Source: Camelus ferus
Lineage: Eukaryota
Length of the DNA: 64,000 bases
Direction: 5' to 3'
Assembly (NCBI RefSeq): GCF_009834535.1
Contig: NC_045697.1
Span: forward strand, 69,876,001-69,940,000
Position 1 is the first letter of the stretch. The number at the start of each line of letters is the position of its first letter. The position numbers were made by a program, and so were the translations under genes. This document shows positions 21,625-35,100 of this stretch, in pieces. The notes under the pieces were generated by a model that did not search any database, was not told the DNA's origin, and saw nothing but the letters and a program-made list of their open reading frames with translations.

Positions 21625-21985
21625 TATCTTAGCTCAGGCTGCCATAACCAAATACTGTAGATGAGTGACTTAAACAGCAGACACAGTTTCCCACACTTTT
21701 GGAGGCTGGGAAATCCAAGACCAAGGTGCTCACCAGTTTGGTTCCTGGTGAGAGCCCTTTTCCTGGCTTGAAGATGGCCACTTTCTCTCTGTGTCCTCAC
21801 GTGGTAGAGAGAGAAAGTGAGCTCTCTGGTGGCTCTTCTTAAAAGAATACTAATCCTGTCAATCAGGACCCCACTCTTATGACTTCATTTAACCTCAATC
21901 ACTTCCTTACTCCAAGTACAGTCACTTGGTGGGGGGAGGTTAGAAAATCAACATGAATTGGAGGGACACAATTGAGTCCATAGCA
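21625..21985 (-). mobile_element. MaLR solo LTR (MLT1A-like)
   Basis: tcttagctcaggctgccataac ... gacacaattgagtccatagca. Confidence 0.8.
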
Positions 21986-22599
21986 GTTCCTGTAACAAAA
22001 TTCAAAAAAGTATTTATCTACTCAGCTTATTATTCAGCAAAACAAACAAAACAGCCATGGCTTAAGAGAAAATACACCTAAGAAAAAAACCAAGATAATA
22101 TTGTTTGTGAGAGTTGCCTGATTACAAAGAGTTCCAATAAGCCAAACATCCAAAGTGAACATGCCCACTATACGATTTCCAGTGAAGTCAGTGCCAGAGA
22201 CAGATAATGTGCCCTGTTAATGTCAATGAACTACTATGAAGAGGAATATTTGAAGCAGATGATTTTCTCAGAAATGCTTATCCTTAACAGAAATTATGAA
22301 CACAGCTTAAAGTTTTCTTTATTAATACGACATGAAGTTTGTTGAAAATTAATACAGTATTTATTGTATAAATATTATAAAATACTCATAATAGAATAAA
22401 ATCCAACAACCCAGAGATAACCATGAATAACATCTAGATGTGTTTCCTTCCAGAATTGTTTGTCCCCATAGTTTTATGTGATCTGTGATCTTCAGTGCTT
22501 TTAACATTCATGTCGCAATAGTTGTGAAAATATTTTCATGTTGGCAAATGTCTATCTATGACATTTTAAGTTGCTGGAGAGTATTTTATTATACAGAAA

Positions 22600-23910
22600 T
22601 ACCATGACTTTTGAGCAGTACATAAGGATTTCCATTTCCCACATTCAAGCCCAAATTGAGAGTTTTCAGTAAAGTCTTTGTTTATTTGATTGGTTTACTT
22701 TTCATTTCCTTAAATAATGAGGCTTAATTTTTTATGTACTTATCAACCATTTGGTTTTTTCTCACAGACTGTTAATTCATTTCCTTTGCCTAGTTTTCTT
22801 TGAGAGTTTTGTCTTTTTCCTACTAATATGCAAGAAACCACTGCAGAAAATGTGTTAACCATTTATATTTAATTTGAACATTTTCCCCAGTTGTCATTGG
22901 CACTTAAAAATTTTCTAGGTCTCTTTTTTTCATCTTTAGCATGTGTCTTCTACTACTACTGGGGTATATACATACAATCCTAGTCTCTCTGGTACTTATT
23001 TAGACATATGAATAAAGTAGGAATATGATCAAGTATTCCAATATAAATTATGGAATTATTTCTCCTTTTTCATTGATTAAATGTCAATTTTATTATATGC
23101 TAAATTCTTATGCATATTTAGACTTATTAATGGACTTTCTAAATTTGTTCTACTACATGACACTCTATTACAGAAGAAGATAGTTTTATTTTTAATTTCA
23201 TTTTTTTATTTGTTTGCCACTGGTATATAGAAATATAATTTTATATTGACCCTGCATCAAATATCTTTTTAAGTTTATTTATTTATTATTATTTAATTTG
23301 AAGATTCTTTTAGATTTTCTAGATATACATCATCTGAGAATAATGAAAGCTTTATTTCTTCCTTTCCAATTCTTAAACATTTTATGACTTCTTTTTTGTC
23401 TCCTTGCATTGGCTAGAGCTTCTCTTTAATATTGACTAGAAGTTGTGTTTATATGACTATTCTTGCCTCATTGTCAATCTCAATAATTGGTTAAGTGTCA
23501 TGTTCACCGTAGGTTGATATATAGATATACTTCATCAGAATAAGGAAGTTCTTTGTAATTCATAGTTTGTGAAGACTTTTTATTATAATTGGATTTGAGC
23601 TTTATCATATGCTTTTCTGCATATCAAGATCATCATATAACTATCTCTTTTCTTTTGTTAATGTGCTAAAATACATTGATTTTCAAATGTTAAACCAATA
23701 TTGCATTCCTGAATAAATCTACTTAGTCATCATGTATTATTTTTAATATTAGGCTGAATTAATTTTGTTTAGAACATTTGTATCCATTTTTGTAAGCAAG
23801 GTTGATCTGTAATTTTCCTTTTTTTCCTGTGATGTGCTTATTAGATTTTGGTATTAAAGATCTGCTGGCTTCATGAGTTGGGAAATGTTTCCTCTTTTTC
23901 TGTTCTCTGG
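22600..23910 (-). mobile_element. Degenerate L1 ORF2 fragments
   Basis: ttttcaaatgttaaaccaatattgcattcctgaataaatctactt; ttttggtattaaag..tgctggcttcat. Confidence 0.7.
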
Positions 23911-23914
23911 AGGA

Positions 23915-24372
23915 GACATGACTAATCATCAGAAGAATACAAAGCAAAGCCACAAGAGATGTCATTTTATATCCATTAAGATGGCTACGATTTAAAAAAA
24001 CAACCAAGTGTTGGGGACGTGGAGAATTTGGAACCTTGTGCTCTATTAGTGTAATTGTAATATGACACAACTGCTGTGAAAAACAGTGTAGCAATTCCTC
24101 AAAAAATTAAGAATAGGACTACCTTGTGATCCAACAATCTTGCATAGTATCCATTGTACATATATACCACATTTTTTTTTGTCCATTCATCCATCAATGA
24201 ACATTTGTGTTGCTTCCACCTGTTGGCTATTATGAATAATGCTGCTATGAACATGGGTGTGCAAATATTTCTTTGAGGCCTTGCTTTCAATTCTTTTGGA
24301 AATATACCCAGAAGCGAGACTGCTGGATCATATGGTAGTCTTATTTTTAATTTTTTGAGCAATTGCTATACT
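23915..24372. mobile_element. L1 ORF2-end fragment with an internal inversion (plus 23915-24143, minus 24144-24372)
   Basis: ORF 24099..24362(-) [30 protein letters not shown] is L1 ORF2 C-terminal; the adjacent segment is in the opposite orientation. Confidence 0.8.
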
Positions 24373-25139
24373 CACGCAAAGAAGCAGTTCAAATAATAAA
24401 AAGGAAGTTTGGGTTGAGGCCCAATTCCATTCCTTGGTCCCGTTATTGCTGAGGTCCAATTGCCTTCCTATCCAGTTCATTGTTTGATTGTTTATCCTTT
24501 GGATTCCACGAGTTAACACGTTCTCCGTTTGTCATGGACATCTGTTTTATTTAATCTGGAGCATACCATTATTTCTTTTTTGGAAATGAATCCCCTTCCT
24601 TTGGGAACTACCCTTCCTTGACTCCATGTTTTTCCAATGAAGCTGCCTCGGCAAAACGCTGGGAGTGCTAATCACAGCATCACATCCTTCTGGCCAAAGA
24701 TGGTGGCCCTGGGATGGGCACAGGACCCCAGCCACACTTGTTTGAGCTCTTCTTTGGTGTTTTTAAGCAAAGATCCTTAGAGGGAGAATTTTTCTTTCTT
24801 CTGGGACTGCTATGCTGGGATGACTTGAGTCCTGAACTGTCTGTATCCTAATCACCCACACTGCACTGGGAAAATATGCCTGCAGTGGGAGGAAATGACA
24901 GCCCCAGATGGAGTGTTGTAAATAGAACTGAGAGTGGGTTTCTCTCACTTGCAACTGGAAAGACCTCACCACCTTAATAGATGCTATAAGACAGTTACTA
25001 GTATACTCTTCTTTCATGCATGAGTAAATGGAAGCTAAGAGAGCTTAAGTAAGTGTTCCAAAGGTCAAGCAGTTAGTGGCAGAATGGGAGTTTGAACTTC
25101 ACACCCACAGTTTCGCATCATACCACCTTGCTTCCCACA

Positions 25140-25760
25140 ACAGGTTCATTCTAGATGAACAAATAGGATGCATAGTACAAATCAGGCTCTGTTCTATGAA
25201 GAAATCCTGTTACCACATGACTTGCACTCTAGTGAGGACTTACAGGGAAGAAACAAAATAAGTCAGTTACATAGGAGGTTAGTGATACATGCCGAGAAGA
25301 AAAATAAAGCTGGGAAGGAACATAGTTTCCTGGGAGAGGGTATGTATACAGTTTCAAAGAGGGTGGTTAGAGAAGTCCTCCTTTAAATATTCCATTTTCA
25401 TATAGACCGCGAGGGAGACAGACACGGAATTATCTGAGGAAAGATCATTCCAGGCAAAAGGTCCAGTAGAGATGGGAGTCTGCCCGAGGGTTCGTGAGGG
25501 GCCTGTGTGGATGGGGCACAGGGAGTAACAGGAGGAGTAAGGTGGGGGAGGTCAGAGAAGCAATGGGGGCGACACCATGTGAGTGTTGAGGCCATTTTTG
25601 AAGATTTCAGCTTTTTTTCTCGTTTAGATAGACATCCACAGGAGGGTTTTGAGCAGAGGCATGACTTAATCTGAGATATTTTTCTGTCTTTTGGTTGAGA
25701 ATAGACTGCATGTGTGTTGAGGTGGGTGAGAGGGGCAGGCAAGAGTGGTGCACGAAATGA
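25140..25760 (-). mobile_element. L2 LINE fragment
   Basis: ggtggttagagaagtcctc..., gaggaaagatcattccaggc, ggttttgagcagaggcatgac. Confidence 0.65.
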
Positions 25761-28700
25761 GTCAGGAAACATAAAACCCATGAAAGAGTTGGAGACTGTG
25801 ACAATTCTGATGCTAAGTTTGTGATGGGAACTCAGAGAAAGGAGAGACCAGCGTTAGCTGGACTCTTCAGAGAGAAGCACCTGGAGGGGCTATGAGGAAA
25901 CAGTGAACTCTGGCTCTGCAGAGAGAAGAGGGAGGAGGCAGAGGAGTCAGGAGAGGTGAAGGGAGCACAAGTAATATTTTGAAAGGTTGTGATCATCTCT
26001 ACCACACACGGGGTGCCTCTCTGTGGCACTTGGCAAGCAAAATCTCTGATAGCCCCGCAAAACTATTATTACCACCATGTCATAGATGAGGGAATTCAAA
26101 TTCAGTAAGTTTGAATAGTTATTGAAAAAAATAGAAAACATAGGGACCTTTTCATTTCCTTTGTAGGTTGAAAATCATTACAATGCTTCATGCTCTAATT
26201 TTTCAAACCTATAATAAATCCTGTAAGTTCAAAATCTTTAATATTCTGCTCTTTCTAAATGTGGTTTTCATTTGTGACAGGGCAGAGTGTTTGCTAGGTC
26301 TCCAAAGTCCATGCTGGGATGTTTTGCCGTCTTTGCACCCTGTTTGGCCTGGTTAGAGTCAAGAAGTCATTGATGGAATTTGGTTGTTTACTCTGTAGAG
26401 GAGGAGGCTTGGGATAGAGTGGGGAAGACGATGTGCAGCCATCTTCAACCACCTGAAGAAAGATCAGACCTGTTTTCTAGGGCCCTGGGGCAGGGCCAGG
26501 GCACAACGAGGAGTTAGTAAGAGGCAGGTCAACCTGACTTGATGAACAACTTCTCCGGGCTGGCTGTCAAGCAGTAGAGCACACTCTGGACAGACTTAGA
26601 GCTGTCCTAGAAGAGATTACACAACCTCTAGCATTACACAACCCTTTGGCAGATCACAGTGGGGTTATAAAACCTTTTGGCAGATCACAGTGGGGAAAAA
26701 TCCAGCACCAGATGGGAAGGGTGTCCCAGACAATTTCTAAAACTCTTTCAAATTGGAGGTTCGAATCTCTTGGCTATTGGTGGACACATCCTGTTTCCTG
26801 ACCTTTTCACTGCAAGCCCCAAAGAACAGTTCCTTCTGTTCTAAAGCTTAATCGTGAGAAGACACACCTGCTGTTGAAAAGCAGGGTGCTGTACTGAAAG
26901 GAGCTGAAACCACACTTAGGAGAGATCATGGGTTCCTAGCTTTGTTCCTGTCTTTGAACCAACCAGCCATGCAACTTTACTCTCTACCCTCCTCACCTGT
27001 AAAGTAAGGGGTTTGAATTGGAAGAAATTTAAGGCCATTTCTAGCTCTCATAGTCTATAATTCTATCATTTTTAAACAGTATCTGCCTTTTGCTCACCAC
27101 ATATTTCCAGTGCAGTTTTCTTTCCCATAAAAATCTGTGCGTTTTAGTTTTGCTGGGTTTGGTTTATTTTCAGATTGAATTTGGAAACTCTCTGAGCCTT
27201 GGTGTATGAAAGTTGGATAGTTCAACATTTTGCATGTAAAAGATGCCATAGTGGATGCTCAGGGCTAGGGGCATGTGACTTGGGAGTGTCAAGGGCTATA
27301 ATAATGAGAGGATAACAGTGACAAAGAGATGTTTGCCCTAACATAAATTGAGTTCACAAAGAGAGTTTTCATGTGTAAACCAATAGTGAGGACGGCCTCA
27401 ATGAAAGTGAAAAACATTCACATCAACATCATTGATTTCACATTTCCCTCTCCTCACACAGCACCTGTGGAGGCTTTAATTAAGGTCAAAGGATGTGTAA
27501 GAGAATGATTTCACCACCTACTGACTCAACCTGAAGTTGAACCTGTGCTCCCACTGGGGCTGCACTATTATTGGAGAGGCTATGAAATCCACAGGGTAGG
27601 TGAGGAGACAAGAAGGAAGATTTGTCCATCCCAAAGTCTCCCTTCTCTCAGCCTCCCCACGATGTCTCTGCCTTCTCCTTTATCTAACCATAAGTCACAT
27701 CCACTGATGCAACTGATGTCTGATTACCTGCCTCATTTTGCTGCATCCCACCATTCGCCCAGCAAGGAGATGGGGCACAGAGTTACACCCATTTTACAGA
27801 CAGCAAACTTCCTTAAGGAAGACGACCACTCAGATCTTTCCCTTTTACTTCTTGGAACCTCCAAATATGTCTACTGCCCTTTCCTGCCCACCTCTCATGT
27901 TCTGTGTGCACAGAAGCCTCAGAGGTGCTAATGGCAGAGCTCAGCTCTGAGCTGATAGGATTTCAGATAGAGAGACTGCATTCGGGACCATCACCTATGA
28001 AAGGATCCTAGGAGGTTGTAGGCAAGTCCTGAGGGCTTGTACTGGCAGGTGAGATGGGAGCTGTACTGAGCTGGAGCAGCAGCCTCCCACTCTCGTCTTC
28101 TCAGGCCTTTCATCAGGGACCCTCCAACATCCCAAGTGAGGGGGTACTGGGTGGCCCCAGGGGCCTGGCAGCTGCTGGCTGGGTATTAGGAGGTCTCCTA
28201 CTATGAATTTCTGTGCTTTGGAGCATTCTAAATCCTTCCAAAAGGAGATACCCTACCAAAGCTAAAGGCTTTGTCCTCTTGGTGTATATTCTCATGGCCA
28301 CGTAGGTTAAGACATGTGGGATGGAACTAGGAATACTTCACAGGTAGAACTGGGGAAGGGACTCTTTGAAATATTTACTCACCCAAAAGGGCCTCTTTAG
28401 GGCTGAGTGCTCCTAAGCATGGGAATATACAAGACAGTTATGTGACATTTAGAACTGGACCCAACATGACTATCTGTGTAGTACCTGGACATCTGGCAGG
28501 CAGGGATGGGAAGAAATAAGCCAGAGTGGCCAATGTATTGCATCAGGACTTACCCACTAAAGGTAGAAAGACTCATTTCACTTTAGTTCATTGGAGACCG
28601 AGAGTGCCAGGTTCTCCTACCTTTTCCTGCCTCAGCCCCCAGGGCTGCATTGATCAGCCCTCACCCCATTCACATGATGATGAAGAAATACTATGATGCC

Positions 28701-30679
28701 CCAGGTGGCCGTCTCCCTCTCTCTCCCCATTGCTTGTATGGGGCATCAAAGTCAGAAGCATCCAAAAGCTCAAAGGCCAATGGAAAGACCTGGCACAGAG
28801 TTGCGTGCATGTCTCCTGATGTCCCTGTGTTCTCAGACGGCATTGCCTTCCCCACTCCCAACTTTCCCAATCCCAAGAAACTCCTCTTTACTTAGCTGAA
28901 CCCATGTCTCCAGCCAGGAGAAGGCCAAATCTTTTGCTATACACAAGTCTATACCAAAAAAGAGGCCAATTTAGATTTTTATCACAGTCCCTTTATGCTG
29001 TGTGGTAAGCAGCTGAAGCCAAAAAGGACCGGAGGCACCCGTGTCCACAGACAATGAGCAGGTATCACTCTTCCACCATGACTAGGGCAAGGGGACCCCT
29101 CTGGGTCTCCTGAGACGGCGCCATGTCAATCAAGACCATTGTAGTTACTCCTCCAACACTTCTTTCCCTATTCCTGAACTTTCACATGACTCCTGTGAAA
29201 GGAAAGCTGCCCACACAGTTTCTTGAATCCCACATCCTGCCTCGGGAGTACCCAGTCAAGAGGGAAGGCCCTTCCTTCTGCTGGCCTTTCTCTGGCTGCA
29301 GGCTTTGATCCTCACTTTGAAAATGCTTGTTAAAACTGAACAAAATTCATCCTGATGATTTCTACTATGTTTCTCAACTTTGAGTAAATGAAAGGTGAGC
29401 TAATTATACACAGGATTAACCATTAAAAGTTCATTGTTAATGATGACAATAATTATGTCCTTGATTCTCCCTGAAACTGGATCATGGATGCAAAGTTCAA
29501 GAGAGAAACCAGCCAAAAAAAAAAAAGGAAAAGAAAGAAGCGAAAGAAAAAAAAAAAGAGAGAAACCAGCCTGTGTGAGCTCTGAAACAGACTGCAAACT
29601 CGCTAGGGTCCCTCGCCTCAGGCCTGTAATAGCTGTGTAGTATGATAGCTGCATGTGGTCTTTATATCTTCCAGGATCTGAAAAATGGCTTATGTAAAAG
29701 AATTGTCCTGAGACTGATGCTAAAAGTAGTGCCATAAAAATACATAGAATTCCAACCATGGTTCTCAAAGAGCAAGATTTTATTCCTATTTTATAGGGAA
29801 AGAAACTGTTATAGAAGACAGATCCAGCCACACAACAAATGGTGGAGGGTGATTAGAGAAACTGTGGCATCAGGTGCCTTGTTTAGAGACCCAAGTGTGT
29901 TTCATAGATTAGTGGGTTAACATGGTAGAGAAATGTATCTTTTTATTTTGCTTCTTCAAGACAGAAATCTCCTTTTAAACAGTGCATTATTCTATAGCTC
30001 TATAGAAAAAATAAATAAATTCATATATAAGTGCATAACACATTCATATTATAAAAGGGGAGGATGGTGGTCACAAAGTCATTTGCAAATTTCATGTTGG
30101 CTTTAATTCCTCCACAGAATACCAGTTTATCAAATTTTAAGACTTACTCCATTGGTTCTTGATCTTAGAGGGTCCTGAAGCTTTGAGAAGGGAGGAACGG
30201 GGGCAAAGAGCTAATCTGGTTATTAAACGAGCATGTTTCTTTTCTTGATAAGACTGCACCGTCTTATTAAGAAGCCAAATTGCTTTTCTTTTGGTTGGGC
30301 TATATAAAGTCTGTGTAATAACCTTAGATATCTTATGCTGATCAGAAGCTGCATGACAATGTGTGGTTATAATTAATAATAATTGCTTTAAAATTATGAA
30401 TGCTAGACAAACTGTCTCAAAACCTAAAGTCTATGAGGGAGATACAATGAAAGGAGAATGAATTGTGAATCATTAAAGAAACACTAGTGTTGGGAGGTTG
30501 GGATGATCTGATAGATGGTCAGGTCGACCAGTCTTTGGCTGGTCAATAATTCCACCAGCAATTCTCAGTCCCTCGTGGATTAACCTAGGTTGTCTCTAAA
30601 TACTTCCAAGGCAGTCATTTATTTACTAAAACTTTGTTGGGACCTACATGACAAGTACTGGGAAGAAGAGAGGAGTGAG

Positions 30680-31152
30680 GCCTATTACTGTGCTTGTGAT
30701 GCTCTGCCTGACCTTCAGACTGTTCTCTATCCTGCTCTGTGCCCTCAGGAGGCTGATCCCCACAGCAGGAACAACAGGCCTCCCTGGCCTCTGGATTCTG
30801 GCTGGGTCAGGTCACAAGCAGAAGAGCAGGGGCAGGAGGAGAGAGCAATTGGGGTGTTTATCTCCTGTCTTCCTCATTCCTGCCCTGGCTTGGCAGAGAC
30901 TGTTTCCTCTGCTTATGGCCACTGCTCCTTCAGGCAGACCATCTGCTATGGCTCCAGCTCCTGCTGGATTCTGGCGACTCTTTCCTGCCCTTGGGCCTGG
31001 AAGTGATGACAGTTTCCCCTGTAATAAGAACTCATCACCCCTTGTTGGACTGACTCACCTTCTCTACCCCTCTGAAAAAAACCCCTCTTAAACGTTCTTC
31101 AATTAAACTCTAATTTGATTATCTCCCGCTTCTGCTAGGATCCTGACTGATA
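30680..31152 (+). mobile_element. ERVL LTR (LTR33-like)
   Basis: ctggattctggctggg..gggcaggaggagagag..ggggtgtttat ... cttcaattaaactc..gctaggatcctgactgata. Confidence 0.6.
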
Positions 31153-32003
31153 GAGGTCCTGCTCTCGAGTTGTTCACCAGACAAGTCAATAAGCAGTGAC
31201 TCTTCAGTATGAACATGACTGTGATGAAATGAAATTCTAGTTTCTGGCTTACTCGGTTAGAAGTTCACCAACATATGGAACAAACAGAAGAACAGAAAAT
31301 GAAAATTATAGCAACTGCTATTGTAAACTCTTAGAGATCACTGAACTAAGCCATTATTTCAACCTATCTTTATTTATTTAGAACCTGTTATAAGTGAGGA
31401 CTTGTGTGGGGAGGGAAGGAATTGAAGAACAAAAGATGGGAAAATGGGACCAACTCAGTGGGATTAAAAACTGATATATATAAATAAAGTATAAAAGAAA
31501 GACTAAGAGACAGAATAAGGATATAAGCACTTTCCCCAGTAACTTTCCTCAGTTACTGAAATTATTTGTAAGCTAGCAAATTGATTATGTGCTGACTAAC
31601 AACAGATCATATTCTGTACATTTTCTCTCATTCCTGGAGCAATCCCTAGGTTGGGCATGATAAATGTGGGAGACTGCTTTGTGCAAATTGCACAGCTGAT
31701 CCAGCATTTCATTTTGGTGTCTTAATCAAGCACAAAATTTTCAGCTGTTGCTTCATTTTCCTCAACTCTACTGGAAGAGAGAAATGAAGAAGGCAGCTGG
31801 AAAATTGTCCCAAGGCACGTGCAAAAGGGAGCAGCAATTTCTGGTTTCCCCTCCTATTTTAACTATGAATGTGCTCATAGCTCTTCAGCCCAGGTAGATG
31901 CTTCCAAGCCTCTTCCTAAATCCTGCAGAGAATACCAGTCCTCATTGAATCAAGAAACTTTCATTTATGCATTTATTTAAAAAACACTGTTGTACATCTA
32001 TTC

Positions 32004-32172
32004 TTTTTTTTTAAAATTGATTTTAATTGAAGTACAGTTGATTTACAATATTATATTAGTTTCAGTACAGCATAGTGATTCAGGATTTTTACAGATTATA
32101 CTCCATTAAAAGTTATTACAGGATAATGCTGTAATTTCCTATGCTGTACAATATATCCCTGTTGCCTATCTA
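32004..32172 (-). mobile_element. L1 3' terminal fragment
   Basis: T-rich start, then ttgaagtacagttgatttacaatatt..cagcatagtgattcag..tgctgtacaatatatccctgttg. Confidence 0.75.
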
Positions 32173-35100
32173 CTGGTACATCTATTCTAGTTAGCCTTTC
32201 TGATGGCAGCAGGAGACAGATGAAGAGATTTGTGAAGGAACAAACACATAAACAGAATACTACACTATAACATGGCCCACACAATGACAGAATGCCAGCA
32301 AGGTTATGGAGAGAGCAGAGAGTCACTGAGATCAGAGGAGATGTTCTTGAGTGAAGACTAAGCTGAATTCTAAAGGATAAACCGGAATTTGCTAAGACAA
32401 GGGGGCAGAATGCGAGAATATTCTAGGAAGAAGAATAGCAAAAGAGAAAGCAAGGAAAAGACAGCCAAGCATGGTGGGTGCAGGAGAAATTCAAGCACTC
32501 AGGGGTCAGGGGATGGGTGGCAGGGCCAGCACCGAGGGCCTCTGATTGATATTTGTATCCGGAGGCAAAGTGGAGCCTCTGAACAATTTTTAGACCAAGA
32601 AGTGGCATGGTCAGATTGCCTTTTGTTTGTGTCTCTCTCTGGAGACTGTGGGGAAGATGATTCTGAGGGGAATAAGGCCAGAGGCAGGGTGGATGGGATT
32701 TCCCAAAGCTGTCTTTGTAATTACCTTAGTGGAAGATAATAGGGGAAATAAACCAGTGAAAGATAAATCCCCTTCTTAAAGGAAAGGGAGCAGTAAGAAA
32801 GAGTTCTTGCTCCGATGGAAAGATCTCGCATCAGCAAGATCTGAGCCCCGGTCGCGGAGTACACCTGTGCTTGACATTCTCTCCACCCTTTTCAGGTGAT
32901 GGCCTGCTCCTCTCACTCTCACCTGAACAGGTACCAGCCAGGGCCCAAGCAGAGCTGGGTCACGGTGGGCAGGCCTTCGCTCTCCTCCCCACACCTCCTG
33001 TCCTCGTGGGACCGTGATTATTCTGCTCTGAGGCTTGAGGTGAGAGAATGTGGCACCACTGCCTTCTTTGGTGCCACTACTTTCTTTGCTCTCAAAAAGC
33101 TTTTGGGTATTTTAAAGAACAGAAAAAGGGTTCAATTTGGGCATTCCTGTGGATGGGTTTGGAGGATTTGGAAGAACGAGGCCAAAACCATCCTGCAATT
33201 GGCAGGGGCATGTGTTGGATAGTTATTGCAGGAATTTAGGCAAGAGATGGGGGAAAAAAAAAAACGAAAAAAACAGGGAAACTTGCTAGCAGGGACGAGG
33301 GTGAGGGAATTGACTGATATATATTTAGGAGGTAAAATCTAGACGTCTTGATGATTCATGAGATGTGGGGACTGGTGCAGAGGGAGGAATCCAGCAAGAT
33401 GCCCAGCTTTCCAGCTCGAGTGGATGTAGGGCCACAAACTAGGTGAGAAACTAGGAGGTAGAACCCCTTTGGAGGAAATAAAGGGTTTAGTTGTGGTCAC
33501 GTTGGTTTGTTACCCGTGAAGCATCCAGGTGTTATTCCTATAGTTGGAGAGAGATTCTACATGGGTAAGGTCAAAACGCCAAGCTATTCTTAAGGTAAAG
33601 TAGTGGGGCATGAACTCTCAGGGGTATTTCTATTGTGAAAATTTTGAAAAGGAGAAAAATATTCTTGGTTAAAGGGAGAGAGACCTTCTATTAGAGGTCT
33701 CGTAAGTGAAGTGGGCTGACTTCAGGGGATGAGTAGGCGTTTCCCCATTTAGGGCCCCTTGCTATTTTGACAAACATTGCCTAGTGCACCGACCCCTAAG
33801 GAACATGATGATCTCCTCTGTGAACGTCCTTAGTCTGGCGGCCAGGGGCTGATGGAGCCTCTGAAATATACATCCATGTGGGGAAGTAGCCCCGTTTCTT
33901 CATTTTACCCCAAATTAGCAGGAATAATTTGGATACCATGTGATATTTAAAGTAACCAGGGGGAAAAGATGGGACTTAATATTCTTCATACAAGACAAAC
34001 CTCAGAATATGGAGAAATGGACTTTAAAAACAATGACATATTATAATAATTTTTTTTTAATTTGCAAAGGGACCACAGCCCAGATTAGTTTAGAATTCTG
34101 CAATATCAAGCATCTTAGAAGCAAGTGGAGATGAAACAGGGCCCCCTGATAGTGCCAGGGCTGAAGTCCTGATGAAAGAACCCAGTCATTTTTCTCTGAG
34201 TCATTTGGTCCTTGATCAGCTTGAGAGTTTCTTTCAAATTCAGCCAAGTGCTTCCCAGAACCTCTGGTGGCTTCCTGGGGAAAGCTTATTTCTCTGATTC
34301 TCCTTCACCACAACTAACTCATTACCATGGGTCCCCTATTTTGCAAAAATAAATTGAAAGTGTTTTAGGACCTTTTATTCCTAGGGAGACCTTCCTCAAT
34401 TTTCTTTTCCAAAGTGAAGAGAAATCAAGAGCCCTCATTCTAATTAGAGCTTTTGAAAGAGCTAGGGGAGAACTTAGGAAACAGGTGCTGAGAATTTTAA
34501 ACCCGCACCTTTTGAGTCAGGCAACCACATCATGCTTTTGACTAAGCTTGTAATCCACAATCAGAGTACAGCACTTCTACTGCATGGGTTTTTTGTAGGA
34601 AAGTTTGTTTTACCCAAGGCTACGCTGAATAAATAGTACCACATTTGAGGCAGGCCAGATCGTTATGTAAGTATTTGGTTCTTTGCCAGAACTGGCATTG
34701 AAATTTATAAAATGCTGACAAAGTTGAAATATTGTTTTTTCCCAAATCTGCAATTGCAAATTCAAATAAACATTTCTAATTAAGATATTGACATGAATTT
34801 TAAGTGGGAGTCGTATTTATTTATGGTACAGAAAAATAAATCCAGATTTGAAATTAAATATTTGATTACTTGAAAAAGCAGTTGCCAAGAGCACATCTTG
34901 CTATTATAATAAAAAAAATTATTATAATATGTCGTTTATTTTAAAGTCAATTTTTTGGCTATTATGATAATATATTTAGTAAGTTAGACACTTGACACAG
35001 CCGGAAATGTATCACCCTCTCAATTCAATTATTGAATCAGTCAAGAATATTTGCGTAGTTTCCACTGGGCACAGAATGTTCTACTAGGTACTGTTTGAAG

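Noticed and set aside
28696..28712. CTCF-like GCCCCAGGTGGCCG
   Set aside because: Several mismatches in the core and no supporting context
32776..33240. GC-richer block with overlapping ORFs, considered as a retrocopy
   Set aside because: No recognisable protein or TSD; it interrupts L2 sequence and is more likely an unclassified LTR-type repeat
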